Source of the DNA: Azolla caroliniana
Taxonomy: Eukaryota > Plantae > Polypodiophyta
Reading direction: 5' to 3'
Assembly: GCA_043228905.1 (NCBI GenBank)
Contig: JBHGNT010000010.1
Span: forward strand, 12,896,001-12,960,000
Length of the DNA: 64,000 nucleotides
The notes under the pieces are model-generated. The model saw only the letters and a list, made by a program, of their open reading frames with translations, did not search any database and was not told the DNA's origin. Below, in pieces: positions 12,816-23,385 of this stretch; position 1 is the stretch's first letter, and every line of letters starts with the position of its first letter. Both the position numbers and the translations under genes were made by a program.

Positions 12816-13186
12816 AGGCAGATGGAGCCAAGGTCGAAGGCAGAGGTACCACACCTTCAGAGCACACCAAGCCTTCAAAATCACGTATATGCAAGAGGTT
12901 GTTGAGGAGGTTGCTGCAGAGGAGACAAACGAGCATTAACAGAGGAGACAAACGAGCATACACAAGGAAAGAAAATCAACAACAAGAACATCAATCCGGG
13001 GAAACATAAATCTCTGCATATACAGAGACAGAAATCGAACCTAGCACAGAGGGGAACACAACAACAACTACGCGGGGAAACAGATAATCGAAGGTGGAGT
13101 GTGAGAGAGAAACAGAAAGAAAGAAAGAAACAGAGATTCAAAGGTGGACTGAGAGAGTGAAAGAGAGAGATAGGTAATAGATAGGT

Positions 13187-13221
<35 letters not shown>

Positions 13222-13655
13222 AGAGAGACTGACGAACTATCACATTCCAAACCTTCTCTAGGTGTGCTTTCGTACAACTATACCTAGGAGAATGAAGTTA
13301 CAATTAATGTATTAAATACGGCCTTGGGACATTTCGAGTGTGACGTATATTATCTTTGTACATTCGAGTGTGACGTAATGAATTTGTTATTTGAAATTGA
13401 ACACCATTCAATAGATGATAATTATTTTATTTTCAATTTTTAATGTTTATTTTCTTCCTCGATTTAGTACTAAATTTTTGGCCAAAAGTTGGTACACCGT
13501 AGCATGCTTCGACCCAAAAACCCTTGAAATTATTAAATCTTAAAAACGAGAGTGTGTTAGAATAATCCTCTGATTCTTGTTCATGCTTTCACAATATATA
13601 AATATTATTTATTTCTAATCAATGAGTGCAATATTTGAAAGTGGAAAAGATGTGA

Positions 13656-13727
13656 TCTATTGTAGTCTAGTTGGTTAGGATACTCGGCTCTCGCCCGAGA
13701 GACTTTAGTTCAACTCCCGCAATGAAA
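13656..13727 (+). pseudogene. tRNA-Glu(CTC) pseudogene
   Basis: T stem is disrupted. Confidence 0.8.
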
Positions 13728-14924
13728 AAGACAATATCATATATCAAATTTTGCAACGCATGTCATGTGTTAACTGTTTGATCCGTCAAAAATTCAAGAT
13801 CTAAAGTAGTTGTTACAATAATGTACAATTAACAAAATAATCAATATTATGTTTGAAGGATTGATGACGAACTTTACTTTTATTTTTTTGTCCTAACATC
13901 AATTTCTAAAGTTAATTCCATTATTCGATTAATGGTAGAGGTTCCAAATGAAATTTGAGAAAACATTATGTTGTTCGGTACAAGAAGAAGTAGTATATTT
14001 AGTCGTGGTTATTCCTCAACATTGTTATGATAAATTAGTACACCAACAATTATAGTTTGGATAACTTGATACAATTTCAAACAATACGCATAGATTGCAG
14101 AATAATGGTCAACTGTCGATAAGCATTGCACCATCTTTCTTTATTTGTAGCAAAGGACTAGAATATTACATTAACTAATTTATTTACTAAATGAATTCCA
14201 TTGTAGTCTAGTTGGTTTGGATCCTTGCTTTTTACCCATGTTACGGGGATGACCATATAATATCCCGTGGTGAGAATTTACCATAGTATTCTATACACGT
14301 GGATAAGTGTGAGGGTTAAACGAGAGTGCAAAGAAGTGGAGGATTACTTTTAAATCCTCGGGATTGAAACAACCCATTGGGCCAAGGGTGAACATGGCTG
14401 GGGGCCTTGAGTATCGCTATAAATAAGAGGCCTAACTACCCTCATTTGAGAATCTTGTTGACTACGTCGAGACTCTATCTTGTGGTGGGTCAACTCTTGT
14501 AGCGAGCGCGCCAACACTAGGTACGACTCGACACCACGGCGGTGGTATGGGACGCCGATCGAGGCTCAAGTCTGTCTCGATCCCTTCGCTCGGTGGTGGT
14601 CAGGTGGATCGGCACCCTTCTTTCTCTCTCTTCTTTCTATCTAGTTATCTTTATACTATCCTTATCTAATGCTTACATTAGTCTATGTCTCTAATAGTTG
14701 GTATCCGAGCTCATTTTCTAATGTTTCGTTTTCTAATGTACGTACGTTCGGCCTTAATGCAGACAAGGATCAACAAAGGAACTTCGGTAATCTTTTTCTG
14801 TTTTTTCTATTCTTTCTTCTCCCAATTTAATCATGTGTATGGTTAGTATGTAATTTTTTTTAATAGATTCAATGATATTGTAGTGGTAATTACTTGGTTA
14901 TATAAAACGTTTACATATGTTTAC

Positions 14925-15160
14925 GAGGTCAATACCTCATTTGACGTATATTGAATATGTGATGAGTGTCGTAAGCGCACGAGGTTAATACCTCAATTGC
15001 ATACTACGTTCACAAACATATGTTACGTTTGCGTATGAGGTCAATACCTCGATTCGTTGTAAATGATAATGTCTTTGGTTTCATATGCATAAGAGGTCAA
15101 TTGCGTATTACGATTAACCCTTATTTTTGGATGTCTCTTGTGTGTAGAGGTATATGCCTC
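14925..15160 (+). repeat. Periodic 14-nt hairpin GAGGT-N4-ACCTC at ~56-nt spacing in the gypsy 5' UTR
   Basis: Copies at 14925, 14981, 15037, 15093 (partial) and 15147 (variant). Confidence 0.75.
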
Positions 15161-15503
15161 GATTACGTATCTCGATTACGTCATTTTTGGCTATTAAATA
15201 TAACGATTTCTTTAATATAGGCATATGTGGTCATGTGTATACATAGTTGATCGTATATATGTGATAATATACATATGTGTATATAAGTTATTACGTGATT
15301 TTAAATCGAATGTTTTCCTTTTCGGGGAAAGGATCTTGGTGGCCGTCCTCACATTTTTGTGAGAATAGCATTGTTAGCATCCCTTTTTTTAACAATTTTT
15401 TATTTTTGAAATCCCCATTGGTGACTTTGATATTTTGTTACGTAAAGAAACGCTTATAGCCATAATGATGTTGAGTACATAGGGCTTGACCCACTTCATG
15501 TAA

Positions 15504-15962
15504 GGTCGCTCCTATGACACACGTATCCAACATCCCTCCCTCATTACATGGATACGATGCCACCATGAGATCATTCTCACGAGAGGCATTCGTAATGACG
15601 TGACCACGTGATGGGCCACGTGGGCCTACTACGAAAAGAGGGCTCATTTGGCTTGAGGTCGCTCCTATGACACCCTTATCCAACATCCCTCTCTCATTAC
15701 ATGGATACGATGCCACCATGAGCTCATTCTTACGAGAGGCATTCGTAATGACGTGACCACGTGATGGGCCACGTGGGCCTACTACGAAAAGAGGGCTCAT
15801 TTGGCTTGAGGTCGCTCCTATGACACACGTATCCAACATCCCTCTCTCATTACATGGATACGATGCCACCATGAGCTCATTCTTACGAGAGGCATTCGTA
15901 ATGACGTGACCATGTGATGGGCCACGTGGGCCTACTGCGAAAAGAGGGCTCATTTGGCTTGA
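15504..15962. repeat. 153-bp tandem repeat x3 in the gypsy 5' UTR
   Basis: ggtcgctcctatgacac at 15504, 15657 and 15810; copies are near-identical. Confidence 0.95.
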
Positions 15963-16299
15963 CCATTAGGTTGCACTTTGGCGTATGCCATCGTAATTAC
16001 GAGACTTGAGGTTAGGTAACGTACCAACATAGTTGTAGTAAATGAGGGCGAAATAAGGACTCTTGACATATATGTTTCTTTTAAAAGAAACATATATGGG
16101 CAAATGCCTTGCATATCTCTTATACACATGAAACATTAAACATTCAAAGAAGAGCAATCTACTTGGTTGGCTCAAGTGTTTAATGCATTTGTTCTTGAGG
16201 TCTCGAGTTCAAATATGACCAAGACCATACAACATCGTTGATACATATGACTATAACACATGTTTAGACTTGAGGTCTAAGTGTGCTTCGGCAATCTTA

Positions 16300-19200
16300 A
16301 AGTGCTATCGAGGCACGTGTCATTAGTCTACAACGTGAGACTAATAGACCTGATGAGCTACAGGGTGAACCATCGTTTGTCGTTAAGCTATTTACGAGAG
16401 ACAAAGAGGAAAGAACCGAAGAAGCAATCTGCACGTGGTTGGGCCGATGGGAGACTCATTTTGGGCTCTATCCCACGCCAGATAGTACGAAGATTGCATA
16501 TGTCCGCCGAGATCTAGGGGGTAAGGCTGCCACCTGGTGGCATGGGCTCCGTACTTTGGGGAAATTCCCGATACCTAGACACATTTTGTCACAGTTTTCA
16601 AGGGCCAGTTTTTGCAACCTCCCTCTCGAACCGAGGCAGCTCAAGCTTTAATGAACCTCTCTAGCAGGAAGTTTTCCTCGCTAGAAGACTATGTCCACCA
16701 TGCTAGAACCCAAATCCAAAATCGGGTCTAGAAGGGAACAACTGGTTAATAGCTTGTTTTGTCAATGGCATCCCCAATTCGAACTGTCACTGGATAGTGC
16801 ACGATAAGGATCCAAAATCCTTCGAAGAGGCCGTTGAAATAGTTACGAACTTCGAAGAAGGACCACAACAAATCCAACGAAGCGTCCGGGACTAAGCAGT
16901 CGCAATTCATTGGGAAACGCAAGACACCCAACGAATTCATGGATCGCAATTGTAAGCGACAACATCCTTTTTGCGTATTCTACAAAAAGAAGGGTCATAC
17001 AAAAGAGCAATGTTGAAAGCTCCAACTGAAAGAGCACGACAACAAAACTAAAGTTGCAGACCATAAAGGTCAGATTCCTAATGTCCTTCAGGTCTATACA
17101 CATCATTTAAGTAATTGTCAATGTTCTTTCCCTCACTATGTATTGGGTCCCAATGATTTACTACGTGCAAACGGGTATATCAATGGATCTCCCGTACAAT
17201 TTTTGTTTGATTCGGGAAGCTCACACAACTTTGTGAATGATCGTTTGGTTTAGATATGGGGAATCCAACCCACTGTAAGTGATCACACCTATATTGTGCA
17301 CTTGGTTGATTGAAGAGTATAATCCATCAATGGGGCGATTCATTCATTAGGAATTTCTATTGATACTTATACAGAGGAAGTAGACTTCCATGTAATGAAT
17401 GTTTGTACCACTGATGTAATATTGGGTTATCCCTGGTTCTATAATAAAAGCTCTTCTTTATCTATTGATTGGGTTCATCATTCAATAACTTTTGTACTTA
17501 ACGATTGTACTCATTTTATTCAATGTGTCAAAAAACAAACCCTCTCGATTGTTTCCTCGTGTCCATCAATATCCGAGTTGTCTCGTTCTACTCTATTTTA
17601 TTGTGTACTTGATCCGGACCTTCACATTTACAATATCGATAATGTCTCGGTTTAATTAACATATTTTGAACAATAACTTGATGAAATCTTAAATGATTTT
17701 CGTGATCTTTTCCCGAGTGAACTACCAGATGGCTTACCTCCTAAATGTAATATAGACCATCGTATAGATATTGTACCTGGTGTTGCACCCAATAAGTATA
17801 CCTCCTTATCGCTTAAGTCGATCCGTAGAGGATAAGGTATCTAAGCAACTCAAGGACTATTTACGAATGGGTTATATACGTTATAGTAAATCTCCATGGG
17901 GTGCACCAGTTCTCTTGGTTAAAAAGAAAGAGGGCACATGGGGTATGTGTATTAATTACCGACGCTTGAATAAAGTAACGATCAAGAATTCGTATCCATT
18001 GCCCTGGGTTGATGATCTAATTGACCGTCTCCAGGGAGCTTGGTATTTTATGAAACTTGATCTCCGTACAGGCTACCATCAAATTCGTATAAGTGAGGAC
18101 GATGTTCCTAAAATGGCATTTCGTACGTGCTATGGCCATTATGAGTTTTTGGTTATGCCTTTTGGTTTGACCAAAGCTCCGGCTACATTTCAACAAGAAA
18201 TGAATGACATTTTCCGAGAACAACTTGGAAAATTTGTCGTTATTTTCTTGGATGATATTTTAGTTTATAGCCGTACATTACAAGAACATGCTAAATATGT
18301 CTGCTTTGATTTACAAACATTGCGTGACAAACAGTTTTATGCGAAGATCTCCAAATGTGAGTTCTTCAAGAAATCAATTACTTATCTTGGACATCTCATA
18401 ACCGAAAGAGGAGTTGAAATTGATCCTTCTCGCATCGAGAAAATCAAGCTTTGGCCCACTCTTCGGAATATTCGAGAAGTTTGATCATTCCTTGGTTTTG
18501 TCAGGTTTTTGCGAAAATCTCTTCGTAATTACTCCCAATTGACGATGTCGTTTACTGAACTTCTAAAAGGTCAAACGCGTAAGTCTACAAAACCTATTGT
18601 GTGCAATGCTACACTAGACCTCGCCTTTAAGGAACTCAAGGACCTGGTATGCAAGGCTCCTTCACTTCTTTTACCCGATCCTTCAAAACCTTTTGAGGTT
18701 GAAACCCATGCAAGCAATTATGTTATAGGTGTTGTCTTATATCAAGATGGTAAACCAATAGCATTCGAGAGTAAGAAACTTGATTCTGCTCAATGTCAGT
18801 ATACCGTTCAAGAAAAGGAATTATTTGCAGTTATACATGCGCTCAAAACATAGCGCCATTATCTACTTTGTGGTAACTACGGACCACGAGTCCTTGAAAT
18901 ATTTTTGTGACCAACAAGACCTGAAAGGTCGTAAGGCACGATGGGTTGATCCCATCCAGGACTTTGATTTTTCCATACGATATCGTAAAGGTTCCATGAA
19001 TATTGTTGTTGATGCACTAAGTCGCATCCGTGAAGTTAACATGCTTAGCTTCACTGAAATAACATTAGATCTTTATGATCACCTTCAAGGAAAGTATCCT
19101 TTGAGTCTGGAACAAACACCATCACATCCTCGAAGGAATACTTCCACATTGCTAACGGTCTGCTCTACTGTAATGGGAAGGTTTGTGTTCCAGATTTACC

Positions 19201-20340
19201 CGAGGTCAAAAAGAGGCTTCTTTTTTAATGCCATGATGCACCCTCAGCAGAGCACCCTGGAATACATCACACACTCGTTCTCATCTCCACTCAATTCTAT
19301 TGGCCTAAGATGCACCCTGACATACATAGCTATGTCACTAAATGTCACCAATGTCAGGTTAACAAAGCCGAGCAACTTAAAGCCGCAAGACTTTTACATC
19401 CCTTGGACATTCCCAATAATAAGTGGTAAAGTATATCCATGGATTTTATTGTTAGCCTTCCTCGTACCTAGAAAGGCCATGATGCCATCTGGGTTGTGGT
19501 TGATAGACTAACTAAAATGGCCAGATTTATTGCTACTAAAACAACGATAATAGCTCCTGAATTGGCTTACCAATTCATTGACGAGTTATTTTATTTTTAT
19601 GGGTTACTAATGGATATCGTGAGTGATCGAGATCCAAAGTTTACTAGTGACTTCTGGACACAAGTCTTTAAGAAGTTAGAAACTACGTTGAGAATGAGCT
19701 CCACGGATCATCCTCAATCCGATGGACAGACAGAACGAGTAAATCAAATTATTGAGGACAAGCTTCGAGCATATGTTGGTGCAAAACCAACAAAATGGGA
19801 ACATTATCTCCCAATTTTGGAGTTTGCTTATAACAGCTCGAAGCATACGTCGACGGGATATAGTCGTTTTATGTTGACGTATGGTTTTCAGCCACGAGCC
19901 CTGATTGATGTTAATATACATCATGATGAGTTGCGAAGTACGCAAAACTTTCTTCGGGATATGAAAAATATGTTGCATATTGCACGAGATAATATAAAAA
20001 TAGCTCAAGATAGAGCGCGTTTTTATGCCGATCATAATAGGCAACCTCAAACGCATGGGGTCATCGGCCTATCGTCTCGCTCTTCCCAAAGGTGTTGAAA
20101 TTCATCCAGTCTTTCATGTGAGTCTTCTAAAAGAACTTATAGGTTCTGGCGACAACAGTTATAACTAAAACTCTGGTTACTTCTGAAGATATATCTTCTA
20201 AACCACATGTACCAGAAAGAATTCTCGATGTTAAAACCCAAAAAATTACGTACTAAAGAAATCCGAGAATTGAAAATAAAATGGATGGATAAATCAATAA
20301 AAGATGCCATATGGGAACGCGAAAGTACTATTAGAGGGGG
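16300..20340 (+). pseudogene. Gypsy gag-PR-RT-RH-IN-chromodomain, broken by stops and frameshifts
   Basis: [62 protein letters not shown], and a chromodomain-like KIKWMDKSIKDAIWE. Confidence 0.92.
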
Positions 20341-21043
20341 AGTGCCATGTTTTAAAGAGGGGGAGTATGTTACAGGCATGACCATATAATATCCCGTGGT
20401 GAGAATTTACCGTAGTATTCTATACACGTGGATAAGTGTGAGGGTTAAACGAGAGTGTAAAGAAGGGGAGGATTACTTTTAAATACTCGGGATTGAGACA
20501 ACCCATTGGGCCAAGTGTGAATATGGCTGGGGGCCTTGGGTATCGCTATAAATAAGAGGCCTAGCTACCCTCATTTGAGAATCTTGTTGACTACATCAAG
20601 ACATTGTCTTGTGGTGGGTCAACTCTTGTAGCGAGTGCGCCCACACCAGGTACGACTCGACGCCACGGCGGTGGTATGGGACACCGATCGAGGCTCGAGT
20701 CCGTCTCGATCCCTTCGCTCGGGGGTGGTCGGGTGGATCGGCACCCTTCTTTCTCTCTCTCCTTTCTATCTATTTATCTTTTTTCTATCTTTATCTAATG
20801 CTTACATTAGTCTATGTCTCTAATAACCCGAGACGCCCATGTACAAGTACATGCATTGGAAACACTACATATATCATATATGATAAGTTAATGTGGCATT
20901 GATAAAAACCCTTGACCTTGTTAAATCTTAAAAACGACATTGTGTTTGAATAATCCTCAGTTGTTCGGTGATGCTTGCGCAATATATAAATATTATTTAT
21001 TTCTAATCAATGAGTGCAATATTTGAAAGTGGAAAAGATGTGA

Positions 21044-21116
21044 TCTATTGTAGTCTAGTTGGTTAGGATACTCGGCTCTCACCCGAGAGAACCGGGTTCA
21101 ACTCCCGACAATGGAA
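21044..21116 (+). pseudogene. tRNA-Glu(CTC), near-consensus copy
   Basis: A and B boxes intact; about 3 substitutions, in the acceptor stem and T-stem region. Confidence 0.8.
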
Positions 21117-21826
21117 ACGACAATATCATATATGAAATTTCCGACGCATGTCATGTGTTAACTGTTTGATAACTCAAAAACTCAAGACCTAAAGTAGTTG
21201 TTACAATAATGTACAATTAACAAAATAATCAATATTATGTTTGAAGGATTGATGACGAACTTTACTTTGATTTTTTTCTCCTAACATCAATCCCATTATT
21301 CGATTAATGGTAGAGGTTTCAAATGAAATTTGAGAAAACATTATGTTGTTCGGTAGAAAAAGAAGCAATATATCGGGTCGTGGATATTCCTTAAGATTGT
21401 TACGACCAATTAGTACACCAACAATTATAATTTGGATAACTTGATACAATTTCAAACAATACGCATAGATTGCAGAATAATGGTCAACTGTCGATAAGCA
21501 GTGCACCATGTTTCTTTATTTGTAGCAAACGACTAGAATATTACATTAACTAATTCATTTGCTAAATGAATTCCATTGTAGTCTAGTTGGTTCGGATCTT
21601 GCTTTTTACCCGAGATGCGAGGGAACAACTACAGGCATTGGAAACACTACATACATCATAGATCATAACTTCATGTGGCATCGATAAAAAGCCTTGAAAT
21701 TATTAAATCTTAGAAGATGAGAGTGTTTTAGAATAATCCTCGGTTTCTCGTTGATGCTTGCGCAATACATAAATATTATTTATTTCTAATCAATGATTTC
21801 AATATTAAAAAGCGGATAAGATGTGA

Positions 21827-21899
21827 TCCTCTGTAGTCTAGTTGATTAGGATACTCGGCTCTCAGCTGAGAGACCCGGGTTCAATTCCCGGCAATGGAA
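21827..21899 (+). pseudogene. tRNA-Glu(CTC) pseudogene
   Basis: Acceptor stem and D-loop GG are mutated. Confidence 0.8.
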
Positions 21900-22337
21900 A
21901 CGACAATATCATATATCAAATTTTTGACGCATATTTGATAAATCAAAAACTCAAGACCTAGAGTAGTTGTTACAATAATGTACAATTAACAAAAGAATCA
22001 ATATTATGTTTGAAGGATTGATGACGAACTTTACTTTGATTTTTTTCTCCTAACATCAATTTCTAAAGTTAATCCTATTATTCTATTAATGGTAGAGGTT
22101 TCACATTAAATTTGACAAAACATTATGTTGTTCGGTACAAGAAGAAGCAGTATATTTAGTCGGGGTTATTCCTTAACATTGTTACGACAAATTAGTTCAC
22201 TAATAATTATAGTTTAGATAACAAATATGCATAGATTTCAGAATAATGCTCAACTGTCGATGAGAATTGCACCATGTTTCTTTGTTTGTAGCAAAGGATT
22301 AAAATATTAGATTAACTAATTTATTTACTAAATGAAT

Positions 22338-22410
22338 TCCATTGTAGTCTAGTTGGTTCGGATCCTTGCTTTTTACCCGAGACGCCCGGGTACAACTAAA
22401 GGCATTGGAA
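22338..22410 (+). pseudogene. Type-B tRNA-Glu-derived copy, near-consensus example
   Basis: tccattgtagtctagttggttcggatccttgctttttacccgagacgcccgggtacaactaaaggcattggaa. Confidence 0.8.
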
Positions 22411-23302
22411 ACACTAGATACATCATTGATCATAAGTTCATGTGGCATGGACAAAAACCCCTTAAATTATTAAATCTTAAAAACGGGACTATGTTAGAAT
22501 AATCCTCAGTTTCTCGTTGATGCTTGCGCAATATATAAATATTATTTATTTCTAATCAATGAGTGCAATATTTGAAAGTGCAAAAGATGAGTTGGTTAGG
22601 ATACTGGGCTCTCACCCGAGACACTCGAGTTGAACTTCCGCAATGAAAATGACAATATCATATATCAATTTTTTTCGACGCATGTCATGTGTTAATTGTT
22701 TGATCAGTCAAAAACTCAAGATTTAAAGTAGTTGTTACAATAATGTACAATTAACAAAATAATCAATATTAAGTTTGATGGATTGATGAGGAACTTTACT
22801 TTGATTTTTTTTCTCCTAACATCAATATCTAAACTTAATCCCATTATTTGATTAATGGTAGATGTTTCAAATGAAATTTTTACAAAACATTATGTTGTTC
22901 GGGACAAGAAGTACACCAACAATTATAGTTTGGATAACTTGATACAATTTCAAAAAATACGCATAGATTGCAGAATAATGGTCAATTGTCGATGACCATT
23001 GCAAAGGATTGGAATATTACATTAACTAATTCATTTAGTAACTGAATTTCATTGTAGTGAATTTGCCCCGAATCATTGATTTTTACTTGAGACGCCCAAG
23101 TACAAGTACAAGCATTGGAAACACTAGATATATCATATATGATGAGTTAATGTGGCATCAATAAAAATCCTTGAACTTGTTAAATTTTAAAAACGACAGT
23201 GTGTTTGAATAATCCTCAATTCTTCGTTGATGCTTGCGCAATACGTAAATATTATTTATTTCTAATCAATGATTGAAATATTAAAAAACGCACAAGATGT
23301 GA

Positions 23303-23375
23303 TCCATTGTAGTCTAGTTGGTTAGGATACTCGGCTCTCATCCGAGAGACCCGGATTCAACTCTCGGCAATGGAA
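23303..23375 (+). tRNA. trnE-CUC: tRNA-Glu(CTC), near-intact but G53 changed (possibly pseudogene)
   Basis: Full acceptor stem tccattg/caatgga and anticodon stem ctcgg/ccgag; close to the plant cytosolic tRNA-Glu(CTC) sequence. Confidence 0.65.
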
Positions 23376-23385
23376 ACGACAATAT

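Larger units (their letters stand above)
9352..13515. mobile_element. TIR DNA transposon (non-autonomous) with GGG..CCC termini
   Basis: 26-bp TIRs gggtggaagcacgctacggtgtacca / tggtacaccgtagcatgcttcgaccc (2 mismatches). Inserted in the satellite A5 run, leaving A4 + A5 (apparent 4-bp TSD). Confidence 0.9.
14239..20825 (+). mobile_element. Ty3/gypsy chromovirus-type element, degenerate
   Basis: 458-bp LTRs at 14239-14696 and 20368-20825 (TG..TA), TSD accca/acccg, PBS tggtatccgagc, PPT aaagagggggag. Confidence 0.95.

Noticed and set aside
14925-15160. CRISPR array
   Set aside because: The repeat is only 14 nt with few copies, lies inside a eukaryotic retroelement UTR, and no cas genes are present. 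Kept only as a hairpin array.
15438-15953. 171-aa repeat protein ORF
   Set aside because: By-product of the 153-bp (3n) tandem repeat on the antisense strand; no domain is recognisable.
21117-21280. Dicistronic tRNA-snoRNA (TGATGA box C downstream of the tRNA)
   Set aside because: The TGATGA lies near the T-run end of the trailer, with no following CTGA box D or terminal stem.
21201-21509. ORFs within satellite units (also 30558-30788 and 57805-58038)
   Set aside because: Not kept open in other units, so they are chance frames.
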